From: Eledone cirrhosa
Taxonomy: Eukaryota
DNA length: 64,000 bases
Direction: 5' to 3'
Assembly: GCA_964016885.1 (NCBI GenBank)
Contig: OZ024740.1
Coordinates: 251,410,001-251,474,000 of the forward strand
A model generated the notes under the pieces. The model was given only the letters and a program-made list of their open reading frames with translations, had not been told where the DNA came from and did no database searches. Made by a program: the position numbers and the translations under genes. This document shows positions 10,266 through 23,779 of this stretch, in pieces (position 1 is the first letter of the stretch; every line of letters starts with the position of its first letter).

Positions 10266-13200
10266 AATTATCTCCCCCTGATTTTTTTTACAAATTATCC
10301 CCCCATGATTTTTTAAAAAAAAATTATCTCCCCTTCGCTGGCTGGAAATTATCTCCCCTTGGACGCTGGAAATTATAGCCCCTTGGAGGGCTGGAAATTA
10401 TCTTCCCTTGGACGGCTGGAAATTATCTCCCCTTGATTTTTTTTACAAATTATCTCCCCCTGATTTTTTTTTACAAATTATCTCCCCCTAATTTTTTTAA
10501 AAAAATTATCTCCCCTTGGACGGCTGGAAATTATCTCCCCTTGGACGGCTGGAAATTATCTCCCCTTGGACGGCTAGAAATTACCTCTCCTTGGACGGCT
10601 GAAAATTATCTCCCCTTGGACGGCTGCAAATTATCTCCCCTTGATTTTTTTTACAAATTATCCCCCCATGATTTTTAAAAAAAAAATTATCTCCCCTTCG
10701 CTGGCTGGAAATTATCTCCCCTTGGACGCTGGAAATTATAGCCCCTTGGAGGGCTGGAAATTATCTTCCCTTCGACGGCTGGAAATTATCTCCCCTTGAT
10801 TTTTTTTACAAATTATCTCCCCCTGATTTTTTTTTACAAATTATCTCCCACTGATTTTTTTTTACAAATTATCTCCCCCTGATTTTTTTTTTACAAATTA
10901 TCTCCGCCTGATTTTTTAAAAAAAATTATCTCCCCTTGGACGGCTGGAAATTATCTCCCCTTGGACGGCTGGAAATTATCTCCCCTTGGACGGCTAGAAA
11001 TTACCTCTCCTTGGACGGCTGAAAATTATCTCCCCTTGGACGGCTGCAAATTATCTCCCCTTGATTTTTTTTACAAATTATCTCCCCCTGATTTTTTTTA
11101 CAAATTATCTCCCCCTGATTTTTTTTACAAATTATCTCCCCCTGATTTTTTTTTACAAATTATCTCCCCCTGATTTTTTTTTACAAATTATCTCCCCCTG
11201 ATTTTTTTTACAAATTATCTCCCCCTGATTTTTTTTACAATCTCCGCCTGATTTTTTAAAAAATTATCTTCCCTTGGCTGGCGGGAAATTATCTCCCCTT
11301 GGACGGCTGGAAATTATCTCCCCTTGGACGGCTAGAAATTATCTCTCTTTGGACGGCTGGAAATTATCTCCCCTTGATTTTTTTTACAAATTATCTCCCC
11401 CTGATTTTTTTTACAAATTATCCCCGCATGATTTTTAAAAAAAAAATTATCTCCCCTTCGCTGGCTGGAAATTATCTCCCCTTGGACGCTGGAAATTATA
11501 GCCCCTTGGAGGGCTGGAAATTATCTTCCCTTGGACGGCTGGAAATTATCTCCCCTTGATTTTTTTTACAAATTATCTCCCCCTGATTTTTTTTTACAAA
11601 TTATCTCCCCCTGATTTTTTTTTACAAATTATCTCCCCCTGATTTTTTTTTTTACAAATTATCTCCGCCTGATTTAAAAAAAAAAATTATCTCCCCTTGG
11701 ACGGCTGGAAATTATCTCCCCTTGGACGGCTGGAAATTATCTCCCCTTGGACGGCTAGAAATTACCTCTCCTTGGACGGCTGAAAATTATCTCCCATTGG
11801 ACGGCTGCAAATTATCTCCCCTTGATTTTTTTTACAAATTATCTCCCCCTGATTTTTTTTACAAATTATCTCCCCCTGATTTTTTTTACAAATTATCTCC
11901 CCCTGATTTTTTTTTACAAATTATCTCCCCCTGATTTTTTTTTACAAATTATCTCCCCCTGATTTTTTTTACAAATTATCTCCGCCTGATTTTTTTAAAT
12001 ATTATCTCTCCTTGGCTGGCGGGAAATTATCTCCCCTTGGAAGGATGGAAATTATCTCCCCTTGGACGGCTGGAAATTATCTCCCCTTGCACTGCTGGAA
12101 ATTATCTCCCCTTGGACGGCTGGAAATTATCTGCCCTTGATTTTGTTTTTACAAATTATCTTCCCCTGATTATTTTTACAAATTATCTCCACCTGATTTT
12201 TTAAAAAATTATCTCCCCTTGGACGGCTGGAAATTATCTCCCCTTGGCTGGAAATTATCTCCCCTTGGACGGCTAGAAATTATCTCTCTTTGGACGGCTG
12301 GAAATTATCTCCCCTTGATTTTTTTTACAAATTATCTCCCCCTGATTTTTTTTACAAATTATCCCCCCATGATTTAAAAAATAAAAATTATCTCCCCTTC
12401 GCTGGCTGGAAATTATCTCCCCTTGGACGCTGGAAATTATAGCCCCTTGGAGGGCTGGAAATTATCTTCCCTTGGACGGCTGGAAATTATCTCCCCTTGA
12501 TTTTTTTTACAAATTATCTCCCCCTGATTTTTTTTTTACAAATTATCTCCGCCTGATTTTTTTAAAAAAATTATCTCCCCTTGGACGGCTGGAAATTATC
12601 TCCCCTTGGACGGCTGGAAATTATCTCCCGTTGGACGGCTAGAAATTACCTCTCCTTGGACGGCTGAAAATTATCTCCCCTTGGACGGCTGCAAATTATC
12701 TCCCCTTGATTTTTTTTACAAATTATCCCCCCATGATTTTTAAAAAAAAAATTATCTCCCCTTCGCTGGCTGGAAATTATCTCCCCTTGGACGCTGGAAA
12801 TTATAGCCCCTTGGAGGGCTGGAAATTATCTTCCCTTGGACGGCTGGAAATTATCTCCCCTTGATTTTTTTTACAAATTATCTCCCTCTGATTTTTTTTT
12901 ACAAATTATCTCCCACTGATTTTTTTTTACAAATTATCTCCCCCTGATTTTTTTTTTACAAATTATCTCCGCGTGATTTTTTTTAAAAAATTATCTCCCC
13001 TTGGACGGCTGGAAATTATCTCCCCTTGGACGGCTGGAAATTATCTCGCCTTGGACGGCTAGAAATTACCTCTCCTTGGACGGCTGAAAATTATCTCCCC
13101 TTGGACGGCTGCAAATTATCTCCTCTTGATTTTTTTTACAAATTATCTCCCCCTGATTTTTTTTACAAATTATCTCCCCCTGATTTTTTTTACAAATTAT

Positions 13201-13329
13201 CTCCCCCTGATTTTTTTTTACAAATTATCTCCCCCTGATTTTTTTTCCAAATTATCTCCCCCTGATTTTTTTTACAAATTATCTCCCCCTGATTTTTTTT
13301 ACAAATTATCTCCCCCTGATTTTTTTTAC

Positions 13330-16300
13330 AATCTCCGCCTGATTTTTTAAAAAATTATCTTCCCTTGGCTGGCGGGAAATTATCTCCCCTTGGACGGCTG
13401 GAAATTATCTCCCCTTGGACGGCTAGAAATTATCTCTCTTTGGACGGCTGGAAATTATCTCCCCTTGATTTTTTTTACAAATTATCTCCCCCTGATTTTT
13501 TTTACAAATTATCCCCGCATGATTTTTAAAAAAAAAATTATCTCCCCTTCGCTGGCTGGAAATTATCTCCCCTTGGACGCTGGAAATTATAGCCCCTTGG
13601 AGGGCTGGAAATTATCTTCCCTTGGACGGCTGGAAATTATCTCCCCTTAATTTTTTTTACAAATTATCTCCCCCTGATTTTTTTTTACAAATTATCTCCC
13701 CCTGATTTTTTTTTACAAATTATCTCCCCCTGATTTTTTTTTTTACAAATTATCTCCGCCTGATTTTTAAAAAAAAATTATCTCCCCTTGGACGGCTGGA
13801 AATTATCTCCCCTTGGACGGCTGGAAATTATCTCCCCTTGGACGGCTAGAAATTACCTCTCCTTGGACGGCTGAAAATTATCTCCCCTTGGACGGCTGCA
13901 AATTATCTCCCCTTGATTTTTTTTACAAATTATCTCCCCCTGATTTTTTTTACAAATTATCTCCCCCTGATTTTTTTTACAAATTATCTCCCCCTGATTT
14001 TTTTTTACAAATTATCTCCCCCTGATTTTTTTTTACAAATTATCTCCCCCTGATTTTTTTTACAAATTATCTCCCCCTGATTTTTTTTACAAATTATCTC
14101 CCCCTGATTTTTTTTTACAAATTATCTCCCCTTGATTTTTTTTTACAAATTATCTGCCCCTGATTTTTTTTTTACAAATTATCTCCCCCTGATTTTTTTA
14201 CAAATTATCTCCCCCTGATTTTTTTTACAAATTATCTCCCGCTGATTTTTTTTACAAATTATCTCCCCTTGATTTTTTTTTACAAATTATCTCCCCTTGA
14301 TTTTTTTTTACAAATTATCTCCCCCTGATTTTTTTTTTACAAATTATCTCCCGCTGATTTTTTTAAAAATTATCTTCCCTTGGCTGGCGGGAAATTATCT
14401 CCCCTTGGACGGCTGGAAATTATCTCCCCTTGGAAGGATGTAAATTATCTCCCCTTGGACGGCTGGAAATTATCTCCCCTTGCACGGCTGGAAATTATCT
14501 CCCCTTGATTTTTTTTACAAATTATCTCCCCCTGATTTTTTTTTACAAATTATCTCCCCCTGATTTTTTTTTACAAATTATCTCCCCCTGATTTTTTTTA
14601 CAAATTATCTCCCCCTGATTTTTAAAAAAAAAATTATCTCCCCTTCGCTGGCTGGAAATTATCTCCCCTTGGACGCTGGAAATTATAGCCCCTTGGAGGG
14701 CTGGAAATTATCTTCCCTTGGACGGCTGGAAATTATCTTCCCTTGGACGGCTGGAAATTATCTCCCCTTGATTTTTTTTACAAATTATCTCCCCCTGATT
14801 TTTTTTTACAAATTATCTCCCCCTGATTTTTTTTACAAATTATCTACCCCTGATTTTTTTTACAAATTATCTCCCCCTGATTTTTTTTTACAAATTATCT
14901 CCCTCTGATTTTTTTTTACAAATTATCTCCCCCTGATTTTTTTTTTACAAATTATCTCCCCCTGATTTTTTTACAAATTATCTCCCCCTGATTTTTTTTA
15001 CAATCTCCGCCTGATTTTTTAAAAAATTATCTTCCCTTGGCTGGCGGGAAATTATCTCCCCTTGGACGGCTGGAAATTATCTCCCCTTGGACGGCTAGAA
15101 ATTATCTCTCTTTGGACGGCTGGAAATTATCTCCCCTTGATTTTTTTTACAAATTATCTCCCCCTGATTTTTTTTACAAATTATCCCCGCATGATTTTAA
15201 AAAAAAAAATTATCTCCCCTTCGCTGGCTGGAAATTATCTCCCCTTGGACGCTGGAAATTATAGCCCCTTGGAGGGCTGGAAATTATCTTCCCTTGGACG
15301 GCTGGAAATTATCTCCCCTTGATTTTTTTTACAAATTATCTCCCCCTGATTTTTTTTTACAAATTATCTCCCCCTGATTTTTTTTTACAAATTATCTCCC
15401 CCTGATTTTTTTTTTTACAAATTATCTCCGCCTGATTTTTAAAAAAAAATTATCTCCCCTTGGACGGGTGGAAATTATCTCCCCTTGGACGGCTGGAAAT
15501 TATCTCCCCTTGGACGGCTAGAAATTACCTCTCCTTGGACGGCTGAAAATTATCTCCCCTTGGACGGCTGCAAATTATCTCCCCTTGATTTTTTTTACAA
15601 ATTATCTCCCCCTGATTTTTTTTACAAATTATCTCCCCCTGATTTTTTTTACAAATTATCTCCCCCTGATTTTTTTTTACAAATTATCTCCCCCTGATTT
15701 TTTTTTACAAATTATCTCCCCCTGATTTTTTTTACAAATTATCTCCCCCTGATTTTTTTTACAAATTATCTCCCCCTGATTTTTTTTTACAAATTATCTC
15801 CCCTTGATTTTTTTTTACAAATTATCTCCCCCTGATTTTTTTTTTACAAATTATCTCCCCCTGATTTTTTTACAAATTATCTCCCCCTGATTTTTTTTAC
15901 AAATTATCTCCCCCTGATTTTTTTTACAAATTATCTCCCCTTGATTTTTTTTTACAAATTATCTCCCCTTGATTTTTTTTTACAAATTATCTCCCCCTGA
16001 TTTTTTTTTTACAAATTATCTCCCCCTGATTTTTTTAAAAATTATCTTCCCTTGGCTGGCGGGAAATTATCTCCCCTTGGACGGCTGGAAATTATCTCCC
16101 CTTGGAAGGATGTAAATTATCTCCCCTTGGACGGCTGGAAATTATCTCCCCTTGCACGGCTGGAAATTATCTCCCCTTGATTTTTTTTACAAATTATCTC
16201 CCCCTGATTTTTTTTTACAAATTATCTCCCCCTGATTTTTTTTTACAAATTATCTCCCCCTGATTTTTTTTACAAATTATCTCCCCCTGATTTTAAAAAA

Positions 16301-16700
16301 AAAAATTATCTCCCCTTCGCTGGCTGGAAATTATCTCCCCTTGGACGCTGGAAATTATAGCCCCTTGGAGGGCTGGAAATTATCTTCCCTTGGACGGCTG
16401 GAAATTATCTTCCCTTGGACGGCTGGAAATTATCTCCCCTTGATTTTTTTTACAAATTATCTCCCCCTGATTTTTTTTTACAAATTATCTCCCCCTGATT
16501 TTTTTTACAAATTATCTACCCCTGATTTTTTTTACAAATTATCTCCCCCTGATTTTTTTTTACAAATTATCTCCCTCTGATTTTTTTTTACAAATTATCT
16601 CCCCCTGATTTTTTTTTTACAAATTATCTCCCCCTGATTTTTTTCCAAATTATCTCCCCCTGATTTTTTTTACAATCTCCGCCTGATTTTTTAAAAAATT
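13330..16700 (+). repeat. 1,672-bp tandem higher-order unit, 2 copies (also at ~32245-35615)
   Basis: 13390/15062, 13813/15485, 14669/16341 and 32305/33977 all differ by 1672. Confidence 0.85.
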
Positions 16701-17229
16701 ATCTCCCCTTCGCTGGCTGGAAATTATCTCCCCTTGGACGCTGGAAATTATAGCCCCTTGGAGGGCTGGAAATTATCTTCCCTTGGACGGCTGGAAATTA
16801 TCTCCCCTTGATTTTTTTTACAAATTATCTCCCCCTGATTTTTTTTTACAAATTATCTCCCCCTGATTTTTTTTTACAAATTATCTCCCCCTGATTTTTT
16901 TTTTTACAAATTATCTCCGCCTGATTTTTAAAAAAAAATTATCTCCCCTTGGACGGCTGGAAATTATCTCCCCTTGGACGGCTGGAAATTATCTCCCCTT
17001 GGACGGCTAGAAATTACCTCTCCTTGGACGGCTGAAAATTATCTCCCCTTGGACGGCTGCAAATTATCTCCCCTTGATTTTTTTTACAAATTATCTCCCC
17101 CTGATTTTTTTTACAAATTATCTCCCCCTGATTTTTTTTACAAATTATCTCCCCCTGATTTTTTTTTACAAATTATCTCCCCCTGATTTTTTTTTACAAA
17201 TTATCTCCCCCTGATTTTTTTTACAAATT

Positions 17230-19000
17230 ATCTCCCCCTGATTTTTTTTACAAATTATCTCCCCCTGATTTTTTTTTACAAATTATCTCCCCTTGATTTT
17301 TTTTTACAAATTATCTCCCCCTGATTTTTTTTTTACAAATTATCTCCCCCTGATTTTTTTACAAATTATCTCCCCCTGATTTTTTTTACAAATTATCTCC
17401 CCCTGATTTTTTTTACAAATTATCTCCCCTTGATTTTTTTTTACAAATTATCTCCCCCTGATTTTTTTTTTACAAATTATCTCCCCCTAATTTTTTTAAA
17501 AATTATCTTCCCTTGGCTGGCGGGAAATTATCTCCCCTTGGACGGCTGGAAATTATCTCCCCTTGGAAGGATGTAAATTATCTCCCCTTGGACGGCTGGA
17601 AATTATCTCCCCTTGCACGGCTGGAAATTATCTCCCCTTGATTTTTTTTACAAATTATCTCCCCCTGATTTTTTTTTACAAATTATCTCCCCCTGATTTT
17701 TTTTTACAAATTATCTCCCCCTGATTTTTTTTACAAATTATCTCCCCCTGATTTAAAAAAAAAAAATTATCTCCCCTTCGCTGGCTGGAAATTATCTCCC
17801 CTTGGACGCTGGAAATTATAGCCCCTTGGAGGGCTGGAAATTATCTTCCCTTGGACGGCTGGAAATTATCTTCCCTTGGACGGCTGGAAATTATCTCCCC
17901 TTGATTTTTTTTACAAATTATCTCCCCCTGATTTTTTTTTACAAATTATCTCCCCCTGATTTTTTTTTACAAATTATCTCCCCCTGATTTTTTTTTTACA
18001 AATTATCTCCGCTTGATTTTTTAAAAAAAATTATCTCCCCTTGGACGGCTGGAAATTATCTCCCCTTGGACGGCTAGAAATTATCTCTCCTTGGACGGCT
18101 GAAAATTATCTCCCCTTGGACGGCTGCAAATTATCTCCCCTTGATTTTTTTTACAAATTATCTCCCCCTGATTTTTTTTTACAAATTATCTCCCCCTGAT
18201 TTTTTTTTACAAATTATCTCCCCTTGATTTTTTTTTACAAATTATCTCCCCCTGATTTTTTTTTTACAAATTATCTCCCCCTGATTTTTTTACAAATTAT
18301 CTCCCCCTGATTTTTTTTACAAATTATCTCCCCCTGATTTTTTTTACAAATTATCTCCCCTTGATTTTTTTTTACAAATTATCTCCCCCTGATTTTTTTT
18401 TTACAAATTATCTCCCCCTGATTTTTTTAAAAATTATCTTCCCTTGGCTGGCGGGAAATTATCTCCCCTTGGACGGCTGGAAATTATCTCCCCTTGGAAG
18501 GATGTAAATTATCTCCCCTTGGACGGCTGGAAATTATCTCCCCTTGCACGGCTGGAAATTATCTCCCCTTGATTTTTTTTACAAATTATCTCCCCCTGAT
18601 TTTTTTTTACAAATTATCTCCCCCTGATTTTTTTTTACAAATTATCTCCCCCTGATTTTTTTTACAAATTATCTCCCCCTGATTTTTAAAAAAAAAATTA
18701 TCTCCCCTTCGCTGGCTGGAAATTATCTCCCCTTGGACGCTGGAAATTATAGCCCCTTGGAGGGCTGGAAATTATCTTCCCTTGGACGGCTGGAAATTAT
18801 CTTCCCTTGGACGGCTGGAAATTATCTCCCCTTGATTTTTTTTACAAATTATCTCCCCCTGATTTTTTTTTACAAATTATCTCCCCCTGATTTTTTTTTA
18901 CAAATTATCTCCCCCTGATTTTTTTTTTACAAATTATCTCCGCTTGATTTTTAAAAAAAAATTATCTCCCCTTGGACGGCTGGAAATTATCTCCCCTTGG
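17230..19000 (+). repeat. 931-bp tandem higher-order unit, about 2 copies (recurs near 36.7, 40.6 and 53.9 kb; 881-bp version near 50.2 kb)
   Basis: 17802/18733, 36717/37648, 40616/41547 and 53935/54866 all differ by 931. 50185/51066 differ by 881, consistent with two 25-bp monomers missing near 50870. Confidence 0.85.
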
Positions 19001-22000
19001 ACGGCTGGAAATTATCTCCCCTTGGACGGCTAGAAATTATCTCTCCTTGGACGGCTGAAAATTATCTCCCCTTGGACGGCTGCAAATTATCTCCCCTTTA
19101 TTTTTTTTACAAATTATCTCCCCCTGATTTTTTTTTACAAATTATCTCCCCCTCATTTTTTTACAAATTATCTACCCCTGATTTTTTTTACAAATTATCT
19201 CCCCCTGATTTTTTTTTACAAATTATCTCCCTCTGATTTTTTTTACAAATTATCTCCCCCTGATTTTTTTTTTACAAATTATCTCCCCCTGATTTTTTTA
19301 AAAATTATCTCCCCCTGATTTTTTTACAATCTCCGCCTGATTTTTTTAAAAATTATCTTCCCTTGGCTGGCGGGAAATTATCTCCCCTTGGACGGCTGGA
19401 AATTATCTCCCCTTGGAAGGATGGAAATTATCTCCCCTTGGACGGCTGGATATTATCTCCCCTTGCACGGCTGGAAATTATCTCCCCTTGGCTGGAAATT
19501 ATCTCCCCTTGGACGGCTAGAAATTATCTCTCTTTGGACGGCTGGAAATTATCTCCCTTTGATTTTTTTTACAAATTATCTCCCTCTGATATTTTTTACA
19601 AATCTCCCCCTGATTTTTTAAAAAAAATTATCTCCCCTTCGCTGGCTGGAAATTATCTCCCCTTGGACACTGGAAATTATAGCCCCTTGGAGGGCTGGAA
19701 ATTATCTTCCCTTGGACGGCTGGAAATTATCTCCCCTTGATTTTTTTTACAAATTATCTCCGCCTGATTTTTTTTAAAAATTATCTCTCCTTGGACGGCT
19801 GGAAATTATCTCCCCTTGATTTTTTTTACAAATTATCTCCCCCTGATTTTTTTTACAAATTATCTCCCCCTGATTTTTTTTTACAAATTATCTACCACTG
19901 ATTTTTTTTACAAATTATCTCCCCCTGATTTTTTTTACAAATTATCTCCCCCTGATTTTTCTTTTACAAATTATCTCCCCCTGATTTTTTTACAAATTAT
20001 CTCCCCCTGATTTTTTTACAAATTATCTCCGCCTGATTTTTTTAAATATTATCTTCCCTTGGCTGGCGGGAAATTATCTCCCCTTGGACGGCTGGAAATT
20101 ATCTGCCCTTGATTTTGTTTTTACAAATTATCTTCCACTGATTTTTTTTACAAATTATCTCCACCTGATTTTTTAAAAAATTATCTCCCCTTGGAAGGCT
20201 GGAAATTATCTCCCCTTGGACGGCTAGAAATTATCTCTCTTTGGACGGCTGGAAATTATCTCCCCTTGATTTTTTTTACAAATTATCTCCCCCTGATTTT
20301 TTTTACAAATATCCCAGTGATTTTTTTTTAAAAATTATCTCCCCTTCGCTGGCTGGAAATTATCTCCCCTTGGACGCTGGAAATTATAGCCCCTTGGAGG
20401 GCTGGAAATTATCTTCCCTTGGACGGCTGGAAATTATCTCCCCTTGATTTTTTTTACAAATTATCTCCCCCTGATTTTTTTTTACAAATTATCTCCCCCT
20501 GATTTTTTTTTACAAATTATCTCCCCCTGATTTTTTTTACAACTTATCTCCGCCTGATTTTTTTTAAAAAATCATCTCCCCTTGGACGGCTGGAAATTAT
20601 CTCCCCTTGGACGGCTGGAAATTATCTCCCCTTGATTTTTTTACAAATTATCTCCCCCTGATTTTTTTTTACAAATTATCTCCCCCTGATTTTTTTTACA
20701 AATTATCTCCCCCTGATTTTTTTTACAAATTATCTCCCCCTGATTTTTTTTACAAATTATCTCCGCCTGATTTTTTTAAATATTATCTCTCCTTGGCTGG
20801 CGGGAAATTATCTCCCCTTGGACGGCTGCAAATTATCTCCGCTTGATTTTTTTTACAAATTATCTCCCCCTGATTTTTTTTTAAAAATTATCTCCCCCTG
20901 ATTTTTTTTACAAATTATCTCCCCTGATTTTTTTTTACAAATTATCTCCCCCTGATTTTTTTTTACAAATTATCTCCCCCTGATTTTTTTTTTACAAATT
21001 ATCTCCCCCTGATTTTTTTACAAATTATCTCCCCCTGATTTTTTTTACAATCTCCGCCTGATTTTTTTAAAAATTATCTTCCCTTGGCTGGCGGGAAATT
21101 ATCTCCCCTTGGACGGCTGGAAATTATCTCCCCTTGGAAGGATGGAAATTATCTCCCCTTGGACGGCTGGAAATTATCTCCCCTTGCACGGCTGGAAATT
21201 ATCTCCCCTTGGCTGGAAATTATCTCCCCTTGGACGGCTAGAAATTATCTCTCTTTGGATGGCTGGAAATTATCTCCCTTTGATTTTTTTTACAAATTAT
21301 CTCCCTCTGATTTTTTTTACAAATCTCCCCCTGATTTTTTTTTACAAATTATCTCCCCCTGATTTTTTTTACAAACTATCTCCCCCTGATTTTTTTACAA
21401 ATTATCTCCCCTTGGCTGGCTGGAAATTATCTCCCCTTGGAGGCTGGAATTTATCTCCCCTTGGACGGCTAGAAATTACCTCTCCTTGGACGGCTGGAAA
21501 ATATGTCTCCTTGGACGGCTGGAAATTATCTCCCCTTGGACGGCTGGAAATTACCTCTCCTTGGACGGCTGAAAATTATCTCCCCTTGGACGGCTGGAAA
21601 TTATCTCCCCTTGCACTGCTGGAAATTATCTCCCCTTGGACGGCTGGAAATTATCTGCCCTTGATTTTGTTTTTACAAATTATCTTCCCCTGATTATTTT
21701 TACAAATTATCTCCACCTGATTTTTTAAAAAATTATCTCCCCTTGGACGGCTGGAAATTATCTCCCCTTGGCTGGAAATTATCTCCCCTTGGACGGCTAG
21801 AAATTATCTCTCTTTGGACGGCTGGAAATTATCTCCCCTTGATTTTTTTTACAAATTATCTCCCCCTGATTTTTTTTACAAATTATCCCCCCATGATTTT
21901 TAAAAAAAAAATTATCTCCCCTTCGCTGGCTGGAAATTATCTCCCCTTGGACGCTGGAAATTATAGCCCCTTGGAGGGCTGGAAATTATCTTCCCTTGGA

Positions 22001-23779
22001 CGGCTGGAAATTATCTCCCCTTGATTTTTTTTACAAATTATCTCCCCCTGATTTTTTTTAACAAATTATCTCCCCCTGATTTTTTTTTTACAAATTATCT
22101 CCGCCTGATTTTTTTAAAAAAATTATCTCCCCTTGGACGGCTGGAAATTATCTCCCCTTGGACGGCTGGAAATTATCTCCCGTTGGACGGCTAGAAATTA
22201 CCTCTCCTTGGACGGCTGAAAATTATCTCCCCTTGGACGGCTGCAAATTATCTCCCCTTGATTTTTTTTACAAATTATCCCCCCATGATTTTTAAAAAAA
22301 AAATTATCTCCCCTTCGCTGGCTGGAAATTATCTCCCCTTGGACGCTGGAAATTATAGCCCCTTGGAGGGCTGGAAATTATCTTCCCTTGGACGGCTGGA
22401 AATTATCTCCCCTTGATTTTTTTTACAAATTATCTCCCTCTGATTTTTTTTTACAAATTATCTCCCACTGATTTTTTTTTACAAATTATCTCCCCCTGAT
22501 TTTTTTTTTACAAATTATCTCCGCGTGATTTTTTTAAAAAAATTATCTCCCCTTGGACGGCTGGAAATTATCTCCCCTTGGACGGCTGGAAATTATCTCG
22601 CCTTGGACGGCTAGAAATTACCTCTCCTTGGACGGCTGAAAATTATCTCCCCTTGGACGGCTGCAAATTATCTCCTCTTGATTTTTTTTACAAATTATCT
22701 CCCCCTGATTTTTTTTACAAATTATCTCCCCCTGATTTTTTTTACAAATTATCTCCCCCTGATTTTTTTTTACAAATTATCTCCCCCTGATTTTTTTTCC
22801 AAATTATCTCCCCCTGATTTTTTTTACAAATTATCTCCCCCTGATTTTTTTTACAAATTATCTCCCCCTGATTTTTTTTACAATCTCCGCCTGATTTTTT
22901 AAAAAATTATCTTCCCTTGGCTGGCGGGAAATTATCTCCCCTTGGACGGCTGGAAATTATCTCCCCTTGGACGGCTAGAAATTATCTCTCTTTGGACGGC
23001 TGGAAATTATCTCCCCTTGATTTTTTTTACAAATTATCTCCCCCTGATTTTTTTTACAAATTATCCCCGCATGATTTTTAAAAAAAAAATTATCTCCCCT
23101 TCGCTGGCTGGAAATTATCTCCCCTTGGACGCTGGAAATTATAGCCCCTTGGAGGGCTGGAAATTATCTTCCCTTGGACGGCTGGAAATTATCTCCCCTT
23201 AATTTTTTTTACAAATTATCTCCCCCTGATTTTTTTTACAATCTCCGCCTGATTTTTAAAAAAAAATTATCTCCCCTTGGACGGCTGGAAATTATCTCCC
23301 CTTGGACGGCTGGAAATTATCTCCCCTTGGACGGCTAGAAATTACCTCTCCTTGGACGGCTGAAAATTATCTCCCCTTGGACGGCTGCAAATTATCTCCC
23401 CTTGATTTTTTTTACAAATTATCTCCCCCTGATTTTTTTTACAAATTATCTCCCCCTGATTTTTTTTACAAATTATCTCCCCCTGATTTTTTTTTACAAA
23501 TTATCTCCCCCTGATTTTTTTTTACAAATTAACTCCCCCTGATTTTTTTTACAAATTATCTCCCCCTGATTTTTTTTACAAATTATCTCCCCCTGATTTT
23601 TTTTTACAAATTATCTCCCCTTGATTTTTTTTTACAAATTATCTGCCCCTGATTTTTTTTTTACAAATTATCTCCCCCTGATTTTTTTACAAATTATCTC
23701 CCCCTGATTTTTTTTACAAATTATCTCCCGCTGATTTTTTTTACAAATTATCTCCCCTTGATTTTTTTTTACAAATTAT

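Larger units (their letters stand above)
12530..21420 (+). repeat. ~8.9-kb segment, copy 1 of a pair at offset 18,915 bp
   Basis: Landmarks 13026/31941, 14669/33584, 16341/35256, 18733/37648 and 21084/39999 all differ by 18,915. Rare variant TGGACGGGTGG at 15461 and 34376. Confidence 0.9.
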
